Under the pieces are notes generated by a model, which saw only the letters and a list, made by a program, of their open reading frames with translations, ran no database searches and was not told the DNA's origin. From Eledone cirrhosa (Eukaryota): DNA of 64,000 nt. The translations under genes were made by a program, and so were the position numbers. Position 1 is the stretch's first letter, and each line of letters opens with the position of its first letter. Shown here in pieces: positions 1 to 13,067 of this stretch. The stretch spans positions 374,852,001-374,916,000 of the forward strand of contig OZ024743.1 in the NCBI GenBank assembly GCA_964016885.1. The letters are read 5' to 3'.

Positions 1-137
1 AGTAGACAAAACATATCAGAATCAATGCTACAATGTGTTAACAAAATAGACAGCTCTGTTATATACCTAGTGAAACATAAATAGTAGATTTACATAAAAC
101 ACTCATAGTTACACACAATATATGCATACATAGATTC

Positions 138-138
<1 letters not shown>

Positions 139-214
<76 letters not shown>

Positions 215-322
215 GCATAGACACACACATATACATATATATATATATATAAAGAGAGAGAGAGAGAGAGAGAGATAGAGAGAGAGAGAGTGTGTGTGTG
301 TGTGTGTGTGTGTGCGTGCACG
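139..322. repeat. Compound microsatellite (TA)n(GA)n(GT)n, representative of dozens in the window
   Basis: Seen directly. Other large tracts at 9070-9180, 10070-10210, 28545-28860, 31150-31470, 57140-57455, 58838-59173, 61700-62350, 63775-63860. Confidence 0.97.
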
Positions 323-364
323 TGTTAAATATCTATATTTAGATTTTTTTTAAAAATAATGATG

Positions 365-406
<42 letters not shown>

Positions 407-408
<2 letters not shown>

Positions 409-2888
409 CAGTATAAACAGAACCGCATGTTCGACAACAACCAGAAGATGCTGTTTGGACAGCTTGAGGGGAAAGAAAGAGGCACCGACTTGATCCCTGG
501 GGCGGAACAAGCTAAAACATTCTGGAGAGGAATATGGGAGCAGGATGTTAGACACAATGCCCAGGCAGGGTGGATTGAGACAGTACAGAGGGAGATCGGT
601 GAGCAGGCACAGCAACAGACTGATTTGAGTATCACAGTTGAAACTCTTAAGGGGCAAGCCAAAAAACTAACCAACTGGAAATCACCAGGCCCAGATGGTG
701 TGCAGGGGTATTGGATTAAACATTTAACATCCCTCCACCCGAAGCTGACGGCCATGTTCAATGACTGCTTGGTGTCGGGTGAGGTGCCAGAGTGGTTGAC
801 AAAAGGTACCACAGTTCTGATAATGAAAGACCGAATCAAGGGTAATGATGTTACCAACTATAGACCTATCACATGTCTGCCCGTAATGTGGAAACTGTTG
901 ACGAGCATTGTGTCTGAGGAAATCTACCATCACCTCCACACAAACAACTTGTTGCCGGACGAACAGAAAGGATGCCGAAAGAAGTCACGTGGTACAAAGG
1001 ACCAGTTGCTTATTGATAAGATGGTAATGGGGAATTGCAGGAGGAGACACACTGATCTTGCCATGGGATGGATAGACTACAGAAAGGCATTTGACATGGT
1101 GCCTCATTCCTGGATCACCAAAAGCCTGGAGATCTTCAGGGTGGCAGATAACATCAGACAGTTGCTGGGCAGGAGTATGGGGTCCTGGGAGACAGAGTTG
1201 ACATCAACTGGAGTATCCTTGGGAAGCGTGAAGATCAAGAGAGGTATCTTCCAGGGAGATAGCCTGTCCCCTCTGTTGTTTGTCCTTGCCCTGATGCCCT
1301 TGACCATTATGCTGCGAAAAGTGAGAGCAGGATACAAGTTGGGAAGGGGAGAGCTTACCATCAATCACCTCCTCTTCATGGACGATCTTAAGCTCTTCGG
1401 GAAAAGTGAGAAGGAGTTGGATGTGCTTGTTGACACTGTCCGTATTTTCAGCAGTGATATATGTATGCAGTTTGGTATTGGTAAATGTGGAGTCATTGTG
1501 ATGAGGAGGGGTAGGTTGAGCAGAAGTAACGGGATCCAGATACCAACAGGTGAGATGATAAAGGAAATTGACTCTGAGGAAGGATACAAGTATTTGGGCG
1601 TTCTGGAGGCTGATGGCATAAAGAACAAAAAAATGAAGGAATTGTTAAGAACTGAATACATTCGGAGAGTAAGGAGCGTATTGAAGTCACATCTGAACAG
1701 CAGAAATGCCATAAGCGCAGTAAATTCCCGAGCTGTGTCTATTATTAGGTACAGTGCGGGAATTCTGAGATGGAATGTTGCTGAACAAAAAGAAATGGAT
1801 AGGAAGACTAGGAAGCTATTGACTATCTACAACATGTTCCACAAGAGGAGTGATGTCGATAGACTCTACCTAAGGAGATCTGAGGGTGGAAGAGGTCTTA
1901 TCAGCATAGAGGACTGTGTTCAGATGGAGAAAAACAACCTATACAAATACGTGACCTATAGTAAGGAGCCAATGCTCAGAGCTGTACTGAAGGAGGGGAC
2001 AGTAGGCCAGGGGATGTCCAAGGAGGAAATAACATCAAGGAGGAAGAGCAGCCTTAAGGGAAAATCCCTTCATAGTACCTTCTCTGAGAAAACTGAATTT
2101 AGAGATCCACAGACATGGAACTGGTTGAGAAGAGGAGACCTCAAAAAGGCTACAGAAGGAATGCTAATGGCTGCGCAGGAGCAGGCCCTCAAAACGAAGT
2201 GGTTGAAGCACCATATCTACAAGGAGGAGGCTAGCCCACTGTGCAGGATCTGTGGAGAGAGAGAGGAGACTGTGGCTCACATTGTGTCCGAGTGTAAACA
2301 CCTAGCCCAGACCCACTATAAGGGCTGGAGACACGATGTGATGGGCAGGGTGATCCACTGGCACCTGTGCAAAGTAAACAATCTACCACATTCTGAGAAA
2401 TGGTATGAGCATAGGCCAGAGGCGGTGATGGAGAACAGTCAGGTGAAGGTGCTGTGGGATTTTAGGATACAGACGGACAAAAAACTGGAACACAATAGAC
2501 CTGACCTGGTGGTTGTGGACAAAGAAAAAAGATCGTGCCTGATTGTGGATGTGGCCTGCCCGTTCGACACGAGAGTGCAAGAGAAGGAGAGGGAGAAAAT
2601 TAACCGATACCAGGACCTAAAGTGGGAGGTGAAAAGGATTTGGAACTGCCATGAAGTCAAAGTGATCCCGATTGTCATAGGCGCACTGGGGACTATCTCC
2701 AAAGGTTTCCAGGGATGGTTAAAGAAGATCGGCCCCTTCACGCTTTTTGGAACGCTTCAAAAGGCATGCTTGCTTGGAACGGCAAGAACCCTCCGATACG
2801 TCCTGAATATCTGAGGCTGCAGGTAGTGGCTTGATATTCAATCCAACGGACTTTCCAGTTAACCAACATCAATGACTGAGATTCAAGG
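407..2888 (+). mobile_element. R4/Dong-clade non-LTR retrotransposon, 5'-truncated, inserted in (TAA)n
   Basis: Element starts right after (TAA)n at ~356-408 and ends after a short 3' UTR in (TAA)n at ~2889-2930. It contains an open RT+RLE frame. Confidence 0.88.
427..2814 (+). CDS. Reverse transcriptase plus CCHC zinc knuckle and restriction-like endonuclease (RLE), N-terminally truncated
   Basis: Motifs KSPGPDG, NYRPITCL, WIDYRKAFDMVPH, GIFQGDSLSP, LFMDD, GGRGL, CRICGEREETVAHIVSEC, RHD, RPDLV..D..K. No stops over 795 aa; the frame is also open upstream of the ATG (QYKQNR). Confidence 0.93.
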   Translation: MFDNNQKMLFGQLEGKERGTDLIPGAEQAKTFWRGIWEQDVRHNAQAGWIETVQREIGEQAQQQTDLSITVETLKGQAKKLTNWKSPGPDGVQGYWIKHLTSLHPKLTAMFNDCLVSGEVPEWLTKGTTVLIMKDRIKGNDVTNYRPITCLPVMWKLLTSIVSEEIYHHLHTNNLLPDEQKGCRKKSRGTKDQLLIDKMVMGNCRRRHTDLAMGWIDYRKAFDMVPHSWITKSLEIFRVADNIRQLLGRSMGSWETELTSTGVSLGSVKIKRGIFQGDSLSPLLFVLALMPLTIMLRKVRAGYKLGRGELTINHLLFMDDLKLFGKSEKELDVLVDTVRIFSSDICMQFGIGKCGVIVMRRGRLSRSNGIQIPTGEMIKEIDSEEGYKYLGVLEADGIKNKKMKELLRTEYIRRVRSVLKSHLNSRNAISAVNSRAVSIIRYSAGILRWNVAEQKEMDRKTRKLLTIYNMFHKRSDVDRLYLRRSEGGRGLISIEDCVQMEKNNLYKYVTYSKEPMLRAVLKEGTVGQGMSKEEITSRRKSSLKGKSLHSTFSEKTEFRDPQTWNWLRRGDLKKATEGMLMAAQEQALKTKWLKHHIYKEEASPLCRICGEREETVAHIVSECKHLAQTHYKGWRHDVMGRVIHWHLCKVNNLPHSEKWYEHRPEAVMENSQVKVLWDFRIQTDKKLEHNRPDLVVVDKEKRSCLIVDVACPFDTRVQEKEREKINRYQDLKWEVKRIWNCHEVKVIPIVIGALGTISKGFQGWLKKIGPFTLFGTLQKACLLGTARTLRYVLNI

Positions 2889-2900
2889 AATAACAATAAC

Positions 2901-2933
<33 letters not shown>

Positions 2934-3227
2934 GAAGGATGAGGGGGGTATAGGTGGAGGAGGGGAGGGGTATAGGTGGAAGAGGGTGATGATAAGGAGG
3001 AGGAGGAATAGGAGGAAAGGGGAGAGAAGAAGGAGAATAGTGATTATGAAATTAAGCGATGTTATGTTGTCTAGCGACGATACAAGTCGAGTTAATTACG
3101 GTTGTCAATGCTCCCTCGATGAAACAAAAAAAAAAAAATGAATTCTTGTATCTGAGTGCTTTCTTTTAGAATTTAGTTGGGGAGCGACAGAAGATGAACA
3201 AAGCCAAAAGGATGAATTGATAATGAA

Positions 3228-3520
3228 GATGCTGGTTTAGTAGTTAGAGGGTTCGACTAACGATTTTAAGGTCATGAGTTTGATTCCCGAACCGGGAAGA
3301 CAACTTATTTTGCGTTACTACAGTCCACTCAGCTGCCTCGTAAAAATGAGTCGTACCTATAATTCAAGCGGCCAGTCTTGTCCCTTACTGTGTCACACTG
3401 ATAAGGATGTATGTGTCTGTGGAATGCTCAGCCACTTGCATGTTAATTTCATGAATAGCCTGTTCCGTTGGTTGTATCAACTTGAGCACTCGTCCTCGGA
3501 AGCGACAGACAGAGCGGCAA
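3228..3520 (+). mobile_element. tRNA-derived SINE (Deu/Nin-like core), decayed
   Basis: A/B-box-like head (ctggtttagtagttag...gagtttgattccc) followed by a ccactcagctg...aaatgagt core. Confidence 0.5.
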
Positions 3521-3724
3521 CTATAATGCATACACACACGCGTGTGTATGTGTGTGTGTATGCGTGTATGTGTGTGTAGGGGTGTGTGTGTGTGCGTGTG
3601 AGTATGTATGTGTATGTGTGTGAGTATGTGTGTGCGTGTGTATAATGTTTGTGCGTGTGTATAGTGTGTGTGTGTGAGTGTAGGATGGGCCGTAATTAGT
3701 TGATTACAAAGGAAAGCTAATAAT

Positions 3725-3920
3725 CATTTCTGATTTAGGCTCAAGGCCATCAATTTTGGGGGAAAAGGAAAGTCGATTAAATCAATCGCAGTGCATTACT
3801 GGTACTTTATTTTATCGACCCCGTAAGGATGAAAGACAAAGCTAACCTCGATGGGGTTTGAACTCAGATCGTAAAGGGCCGCTAAGCACGGTGTCTATCA
3901 ATACTGTCAATTCACCGCCC
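3725..3920 (-). mobile_element. SINE, major family (Meta-like core gcctttcatcc...gggtcgataaaataaagtaccag)
   Basis: Reverse complement of the 4030-4258 and 59174-59362 family. Confidence 0.75.
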
Positions 3921-4029
3921 TAGATCCCATAGTAATATATTTTAAATATTACTATGGGTTCTATGAAGGAGTGAAATGGAAGAGTGGAAAAACTACAAGT
4001 GCCTTACAATGGTTATGTAATTAATTTAA

Positions 4030-4475
4030 GGGCGGTGGATTGGCAGTATCGATGGAGCATCCGATAACATGCTTTATGGCATAGAGTTACGTCCTTTTAC
4101 GATTAGAGTTCAAATCCTACTGAGGTTAGCTTTGCCTTTCATCCCTTACGGGGTCGATAAAATAAAGTACCAGTAATGCACTGGGGTCGATTTAGTCGAC
4201 CCCCACCCCCCCAAAAAAAAATTTTTTTTTTACCTTGTGTCTAAATCAGAAACCAATATTACTATGGGTTCTAGGGTGTTATGTTGGCAGAATTGGTAAG
4301 GCATCGGACAAAACGCCATTGCAGTATTTCTCAAGGCCCTTTACATTGATCATTCCAATCCCGTCCACGTCAACTTTGTTTTTAAAATAAAGTACCAGCC
4401 ATGTACTAGGGTTGATTTGATCAACAGTGTCCTTCCCCAAATTTGTTGGGATTCTGCCTAGATTAGAAATCAATA
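4030..4475 (+). mobile_element. Two tandem SINEs of the major family
   Basis: ttggcag head, B-box gagttcaaatcc, core gcctttcatcccttacggggtcgataaaataaagtaccag. The second copy (4280-4475) is more decayed. Confidence 0.75.
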
Positions 4476-4669
4476 TTACTATGGTTTCTTCTTTGATTTA
4501 TATTTATTTATAGTAGGCTAATTATCACCTACGCAGTAGTTTACCGAGGAAGAATAAATTGATATTCCACGTAAGCTCTTCTTTCTTCTTTAAAATGATT
4601 ATTGATCTAGGTTTCAAATCACGAGTTGTTTGGGAAGGAAACAAAATTAGCTGCGTAAATAATATCTTA

Positions 4670-4872
4670 TTTAGGCCTTAGACAAACAATTTTGGGAGGA
4701 GGAAGTCGATTATATCGACTCCAGTTCTTTTGTAGGTACTTTATTTTATCAACTATGAAAGGATGAAAGCAAAGTGGTCCTCAGCTGGATTTGAATTCAG
4801 AATTTAAAAAGCCGGAACATATGCTGCGAAGCATTTTTCCGACGCTCTAATGACTTTGCCAATGCCCCGCCC
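4670..4872 (-). mobile_element. SINE, major family
   Basis: gtactttattttatcaac...aaaggatgaaagcaaag...gatttgaattcag is the reverse complement of the core and B box. Confidence 0.7.
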
Positions 4873-4884
4873 TTAGCTGCATAA

Positions 4885-5160
4885 ATAATCTAAAGTCTGT
4901 CTCAAGCCAAGAGGCTCATCAGACAGGTGCTTGTCCCGGTTTCGTGGTGAGAAGCGACTGAGAGTACAACACTTCCACCAGTCTATCGCAGGGTTGAACC
5001 CCCAATTATTACTGGTACCCATTTTCAGCTGAGTATACAGGAGCAACATGAAATAAAGTGTTTTTCTCAAGAACGCAACACACAACCCAACCCAGGAATC
5101 GAACCCATGACATTATGATCGTATGTCCAACACCCGTACCACTAAGCCACGCGCCACCAC
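4885..5160 (-). mobile_element. tRNA-derived SINE with Deu/Nin-like core
   Basis: Reverse complement reads ggtggcgcgtggcttagtggt (A box), gggttcgattcct (B box), then gttcttgag..cactttatttca..ctcagctgaaaatgggtacc. Confidence 0.75.
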
Positions 5161-5337
5161 CATAATGATTTTAATTTGGATGTAAACGAATAATTCGGTT
5201 CATTTATAAGTTTATTTCCCTTCAGTACTCATCATTTGAAAATTTCCAGGAAGTCGTTTTTTATAATCATGGATAATGTTTAGAGTTATATAGTTCTCAA
5301 AATTAATGGGTTTCAAACGCTTTATTTAAAAAATTGC

Positions 5338-5521
5338 TATCCGTTTATTAGAAGCAAAGGTCCAAATAATATTTATCCGTTTATTAGAATCAAAGATCCA
5401 GATAATATTTATCCGTTTATTAGAATCAAAGATCCAGATAATATTTATCCGTTTATTAGAATCAAAGATCCAGATAATATTTATCCGTTTATTAGAATCA
5501 AAGGTCTAGATGATATTTTAT
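5338..5521. repeat. 36-bp minisatellite, ~5 copies
   Basis: Unit tatccgtttattagaatcaaagatccagataatatt. Confidence 0.9.
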
Positions 5522-7299
5522 CTTCTACTTAATGATATTGGCCGGTTATTGTTAAGGAAAAGTAACCTTCGTCCAAAAGCGATCACAATATACGACCTCC
5601 ACATGCTAATTTGACCTTATTTTTATTCTACTGTCAATTTATATCGAACTACACGGTTCAAAGTATTCATATGTTAGTATTTTTTCACATCGTTATCACT
5701 TTTTAATCTCACTAATAATCTACAGGTGTTTATTGGAATGTATAGAAAATAGTCAATAAAAATGAAACATGACAGAATATATACTTGGCAAAATTACTTT
5801 TTTGCTATTTTGATGCCACCTGTCTAGTGACTTAATTACAAAAACGAAAATAAAAAATGTGATGTAAAACGTGTAATTCTAGATATTAAAATAATTTTAC
5901 TATGAATTCAACAACGATAAAAAAATGTTAATGTTCCATAAAACACTTTGTCTCATACCTCACTGAAAATAATCGAGTCTGGTATATTTATATAGTTTAA
6001 AAATAGACACAGATACTGCCGAATGGTTGAGGAGTTGTCTTCGCAATCATGACGTTCCCAGTTCGATCTCATTGTAAGGCATCATGGGCAAAATATCTTT
6101 TACCATAACCTTCAGTTAACCTCAAGCATGCTGAGTGAAATTGGATAGGACATTGTTTAAACACTCGTCAAATTGACTGCTCATGTAATTCAAAAGCCTT
6201 GCCAGCCTTGCCAGCCTTGTTAATTCTATCATAACAAGAATTGTGTTACGGGCTCATGTAGTAGTGGAATACTAAACCACTTACACGTTAATTTCACATG
6301 ATGTTGATTGAATAACTGGAACACACAACGTCGGAATCTGGCTTTAAATTTATTTTCAAATACACTAAATCATTACAGATTTTATGGCTACTTTTCGTAA
6401 CACAAATGTAACACCGATTTTCCGGAGCCTTTTGGCATAGCACCTTTTTTAATTCAGCTATAATTATGGGTGGGCATGGGAATTTTGTGACCCAACATAT
6501 TAGTTAATTCAAATCAGGTTACCGCGAGGTATTAGCTATAATTTTTTTTATATTGCACCTTCGTATCATTATAGTTGAGAAAGGTAGGATGTGTTTTTCC
6601 AACTCCGCAATATGTTTCTAGTGAATTAATATATTGTTCGACAAAATGGAAAACCCAGCACGGGCCTGGAACTAAAAGTGTCAGAAAATCAGTGTTTTAC
6701 CCGTATTTCTAACATAAATATAAAGCCTGGAATTATTATGGTAAATATAGTTAATTTCGCACAACACACTGCCTGAAGAGTACATTATTCTCCGCAAATG
6801 GAGTAAAAGCAAGATCAAATTTGGCTGAATTTTAACTCGGAACGTAATCAATCGTAAGTACATACCGCAAGACATTTTGTTTGGAATTATCAATTCTGAA
6901 AATCTATCGCTATCTAGCACAAATATACCAGATATTATTGGTTTTTGCGTTGAATTAAATGCGAATAGAAACTCGAGTGAGTGGATAATTCACTTTAAAT
7001 GTTGTTGTTAATTAGTCCTGGCTTAGCTTTTGTTCTTTTTGCCTTTACTATAGACAGATTGGGGCGATTTTATAGAGGTTTTCAGTTTGAACAACCGCAG
7101 AGATTCCTTCATTCTTAGATAAGATACAGTATAAATGTTCGAAAGTTTTTATATCATGTTAACTTTACTGTGGGAAAAATATCCTTAAGGAATATTCGAA
7201 GGAGCTACGGTTTAATATTCTTCTTAATTCCTTTGCCAATAGCGATTTATTCCTGCAAGACACAAAAAAATGCCAGCAGAATCTATGGAACTGCACATA

Positions 7300-7620
7300 T
7301 CTTTCACATACGCTACTTACTAAATATTTATTGTCATAACCACATCATGAATGAAGAAGTCGTGGAAAGGACTGCACTGAGTAATTTATGGGGTGTTATC
7401 ACCGTAACAAAGCGGAGGATGCTCGGCTGCGTACTATACATGCCTGCGAAGAGACCAGTGAGAGTCTTTCTCGCAGGGAAGTTAGAGTATATGGGACGGA
7501 GACATTGGAGGCGAGGCAGGTTTGCCAAGAGCTAGCTGATTATATTGAGGAATACCTGGCAGATATGGGCCTGGTCTCCGAGCAAGACACTTGAATGGAC
7601 TTACGACTGAGCTTGTGTAA
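7300..7620 (+). pseudogene. RTE-clade LINE 3' fragment, decayed
   Basis: LLNIYCHNHIMNEEVVERT...RRMLGCVLYMPAKRP...RRGR resembles the RTE ORF C-terminus (NEEV, RRLRWLGHV.RM, RGRP). Confidence 0.6.
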
Positions 7621-8300
7621 AGATCTCTCGCCAACCAATATCTAGTGGAAGCAATACAAACGATCTAACTCACTAGAAATTGCTTATTTTAAAATTTAAC
7701 CACCGTCGGCCATTCGTAACTGTCATTTATTTTCGAGTCATTCTTGAAACTAATTCATCCGAGTTAAGCAGTAAATGGATTAGGGGAAACGATCCATCTC
7801 CGTATAATTTTCTTTAAAATGATAGTTTTTAAAATAAACTTAGAAAGGAGTATTATTACTGGTTGCCAAAAGTAGTCTGATTATCTGAATTTGAATTTTC
7901 ATCTCCAAGTCTAATCCATGCATCGTTTTCTCTTTATTTGTAATTTTCCTTTCATTGCGAAGGCAAAAATGATGTTCGCTTCTGAAAAAAAAATGTTTAT
8001 AATTCTACAAGGCCCCCCCCCCCTCCCCCTCCCGCGCCAAAACTTAAGACAGTAAAAAAGAAATAACAAGGGAAGAAAAATGCTATGCTTAACAGTAAAA
8101 AAGAAGCAAGAGATAATTTTCTCTTTCATCGTGTTTGCTGTTTGCTTTTGGAATCCAGGTTAATTCAAAATAATTTGCAATCAACGTTTTATAGGGCAGC
8201 TGTTTTAAAGAGAAAAATGGCAGTAAATTTGTAAAATAAAGTGCAAAAAGGAAAGATTGACTGAGAAATACACTAAAAGGGAGCAAGAAAAAATAGAGAG

Positions 8301-8347
<47 letters not shown>

Positions 8348-8579
8348 GAGAGGAAAGAGTGGGAGAGAAGAAAAGATTAGGAAATTGAGCAAATCATAAA
8401 GGAACAGTTAAAATATGCATAGTAAAGATTAATAACCCGATGAGAGTGTGTGTGGTGATGTCATATTACAAAGAATTCTGGGTAATGACATTTTCTGATA
8501 TTCTAAACAGACCGTGAGAGAAATAGTATACTAAACGAAGATGGCATATGGAGTGGCATGACACCCAATGCGTGATTAT

Positions 8580-8765
8580 CATTGGCAGTATCGGTAGAGG
8601 GTCGGACGCCATGCTTTGACGCATAGAGTTATGGCTCTTGCCATTCTGAGTTCAAATCCCGCCCAGGTTAACTTTGCCATTCATCCTTACGGGGTCGAGA
8701 AACTAAAGTACCAGTAATACACTGGGATAATTGCTGGCCTTGTGCCAAAAGTAGAAACAAATATT
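8580..8765 (+). mobile_element. SINE, major family
   Basis: Highly similar to 59174-59362. Confidence 0.8.
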
Positions 8766-9064
8766 ATTTATACTTCAAAGATAAAAGAATGTTCTTCCAT
8801 CGCGTCTCCCTCCCCCTCCTCTGGGGAAACGCCAGTGTGTGGGTTCCCAATTGTTCATAATGAGATGGGGAGAGCGAGAAAGAGGGAGGCTGTGACAGTG
8901 AAAGTTTTGTTCCTTTGTGTTCAGACCTGGTGCATCTGTATATATTTCATCTGACATCTGTAATGTCTTGTTTACAGTTAATATACATCTATACGCACAC
9001 ACTCGTTTAGTCACTTGTTGACAGACACAACACTAACGTCTATTTTGTATAGAAAGATTAATAG

Positions 9065-9181
<117 letters not shown>

Positions 9182-10088
9182 CTCCCTATTTCTCTCTCTC
9201 TCTCTCTTTTATCTCTCCAAATGACATACAGTCGTTATTAAAAAAATGCTAAATACCCCCACCCTCATCTCTCCTGCCCTCTGTCACTACGCATTATTTT
9301 GCACTCTTTGACGTTCCACTCCCAGACTTCAATACTGCTACTACCTCAGTTCACCAATTCACTTCTGCTGCCACAAACAAAACACACTAATATGACACCA
9401 TCAATCCACCCACAACACCACTACTGCTACATTCCACCTACTCACTACTCATACCACAATGGCAAAAAATTAATATAATTCCACGAATTTACCAACAACA
9501 CTACTAATACTGCAAAGAACTACAATAAATAAATAAATAGATAATAAGGTGTGGTAGTTTGCTTGAAGCATTGTGGAATATGAGATACAAATAAGAAATA
9601 AATTTGGTTATTTGGAACCCCGACACTGCATGTTTGGTAAAAATGCCAAGGTAATAAGAAAGTAGAAGAATAAAAAAGAACACAGTGAAGTAAAGTAAAA
9701 GAATGAAGATAATAGAAAGTTACCTCAGCAATCTTTAATAATTCTAAATAATTACAAATAAATAGGAAAATAAATAAAAGAAACTTACATTACTCCATAC
9801 TACGTGCTTCCTTCCTCGTCCCAGAGTTACAATATCACCACTTTCAGAGTTCGAAATGTCAGCATCAGAAGGCTTATCCGGCTCCGACTCACCTTTCTAA
9901 AATTTTCTTTTGACAAAGAGAAAATAATCCCGAAATATTAAGTAACAATTAGACACCTGTTATAGATATTTAATTCTTATTTATTTGCATTACAGTAGCC
10001 ATTTAAAAAATCCCCCAGTTTTCTATATTTTCCACAATATTTCAAGCAAACTACAACACCTCCTGTATACACACACACATATATATAT

Positions 10089-10207
<119 letters not shown>

Positions 10208-10951
10208 ATATATATATGTATAAATATAATATGCATATAGACGTCTATATATGAATGCACATACAAGAATACATACATACATACAGTTCGTGCAACAACA
10301 ATTCACACAAATACAATTTTCACAAGATAAAGGAAATTCTAGCTAATAATCTATACTTTTTTCAAACCAAAATCTGCTCCAAGCCACAAACATAAAAGAA
10401 ACACATTTTTTTTTTTTTTTGTTAACATATTCGTAAGGTTTACATGAAATATATTTGCGTGTGTATGGTATTTTACGTTCTCTATGATTTTCTCATTCAC
10501 TTTGATATGTTGTGGAACGTATACAAGATTACATTACCTATGCAGCTTCACTAGGTATTGGAGATAGAGAATATATAATATTACAATAGTAGTGACATGA
10601 TTACGGCGGTGGCTTGTATGTAAATCTTTCAAAGATACTGCTGTGAAATTATTCTAGACAATCCTAGTACTGAACAATGCATTAGACTTTTCGTCACATT
10701 AGATTATGAATATAGACGTGTATTATTTCGTCTACGCAAACACATGCAAACTGATACATAGACACACACACACATGCAGACACATACATACACATACATA
10801 CAAACAAACATACATACATGTATATATTCATACATACATAAATACATACAAACATACATACATGCATACATACATGTATACATGAATACATACATATGTG
10901 TGCACATATATACAAATACATCTAGATGCACACAAACACAAACATACTCAT

Positions 10952-11040
<89 letters not shown>

Positions 11041-11274
11041 GTGTTACCCATATTATTATGTGTGTTGTTATGTACCGCCACAACTTAGCGGTTGGATAGA
11101 TAGAACTAAATAAGTATCAGACATAAAAAATAAGTAGTGGAGTCGATATGATCGCCTAAACCCTTAAAGGCAGTGCTCCAGCATGGCATTTACTACAATA
11201 ACTGAAACTAGTGAAAGAGTAAAAATGTATAATTATATGGATAGATATTTTGTTATCTCTACATTGATAGGGTT

Positions 11275-11460
11275 TCTAATTTAGACAAGAAGGGAAAAGT
11301 CGATTAAAACAACCCCGTACTTGACTGCTAGCTTATCTTATCCACCTCAATATTATGAAAGTTGACCTCGGCGAGATTTGAACTCAGAATGTAGAGAGCT
11401 AGAACACTACCGCAATGACATTTTATCCGGCGCTCGACCAATTTTACCATTCTACCACTC
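11275..11460 (-). mobile_element. SINE, major family, decayed
   Basis: aaagttgacctcggcgagatttgaactcagaatgta matches the core and B box in reverse. Similar decayed copies at ~12560-12765, 13975-14130, 22345-22545, 22865-23060, 28105-28210, 32500-32635, 36500-36650. Confidence 0.65.
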
Positions 11461-12984
11461 TTTCTGTGCATTAACATGGCAACACTACTGTACTGCTACT
11501 ACCATTCCAGAAACATTAACATTTCCAATTTGATTTGACTGCCATTAGGTATAAAACGGGTGTGAAGAAAAGAGACACAGACATGTATGATTGTTAGAGG
11601 AAATGTATATAGGAGAATTTCATTTTGTGTTGTCGTGTAGTAATGTGAAATTTTGGTAAATAAGGTTATACCCAAGAACACGTAGTTAACACGTTTTAAG
11701 TCCTCGGTAAAATTAACTTTCATACCCTCTCAATTGTAATATTGTGGGAAAGGAACAGAGCAAAATTAAGGCATCTATTGAATAAAAATAGTGTTATTTA
11801 TTCGCCAATATGAGATTTGAAATTACATTCAAATCTTCGGTTGATTTGGATTAACAGAAAAAGAATTATAAGTCAAATCGTCAATATAATGAACTAAACG
11901 GTGTTTGTGTAACAGAAATATAATTCCAATGAATGGAAATATGCAAAGTTTGTAAACTAGGTGATGTATGCGGGGAGATGTTATGGTGTGAAGTGTTGGA
12001 TAGAATGAACTGTATGAATTGGGATATGTACTGAGGATGTAAACATGAAAGTGAGAGCCAGCCTAAAGATGTGTGTGAAGAGAATGTAAAGGAGTAAGAG
12101 AATAAAGTCGTAACAAGCTATCTGGTTTTATCCAGAATTTTCCAGGGTAGCTTGCAGTCTCTATGTGATGATCGTGGTGGTGGAAGAGGTCTAAGAGGAG
12201 GGTCACTGGTCAGTCTTCATCGGAAATTATGAATATCAAATACGCCGTAGTTTCGTAGGATAACAAAACTAACCAAAGCATGATTTCACTACAGGTGTGA
12301 CGTTCAGTTTAGGCCTTATGGAATGGAGAATATATATTTGCTGTGTATTTTCACAATATTGCCCATCACTGAATCATTGTAGCATGGGGATGAGTGAACT
12401 TCAAAGGAAAAAATTACTTCATGAAAAGGAAAGAAGCCGGATTTTTCAAATTGGGCCAAGGAAACACTTTCTATTGTTTTGTTGTTGTTTTTTTTTTCTA
12501 TTTCTGATACTATCTATCGATTGCAATTCCTGGTAGATATGTCATGGATAGTTTATTGACAGAAGCAGGATTTGAACTTATGATACACAGAACCGTAGAG
12601 ATACTATAAACATACCAATGCTTTATTAATTCTCCCAATCTACCTACCCCGAAAGGATTTGAATTAAAGTTGGCCCTGGTGAGATTCGAATCCAGAGCTG
12701 AGAGAACTGGAATATATATATCCGGTCATTTAAGCAGACGCCCTAACAAGTCTACCAATTCGCTACTTGTTTAAAGGAATGTGTCCGAAAATCTCCTTCC
12801 TTTGAAATATTGATATCGAGACTAAGTAAGTAACTCCTGGTAAAGTCATATGTTCTTGGACACTTTAAAACTGGTGGAGCCCATCCCTCCCCATGTCTGA
12901 ACACAGATGAATTTTTTCCTGAGAAGGAAAGAGAGTGTGAGGGAGGAAGTTAGGTAGAATGTTAAAATGGGTGCTGATAGCTGG

Positions 12985-13067
12985 TATTGGGTCGTCAAGT
13001 ATGAAATTTGTAGAAATGTGTTCTTTTTCTACAAATTTCTACAAATTTCACACTTGACGACCCAATA
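12985..13067. repeat. Short inverted repeat (~33-bp arms)
   Basis: tattgggtcgtcaagtatgaaatttgtagaaat ... atttctacaaatttcacacttgacgacccaata. Confidence 0.85.

Noticed and set aside
9540-10065. Short inverted match (9548-9580 / 10030-10061) and hammerhead-like words near 9840-9870
   Set aside because: Too degenerate to fold convincingly; possibly an old PLE relic.
11900-12290. Possible old LINE 3' fragment on the minus strand
   Set aside because: Only vague similarity; no continuous motif could be read.
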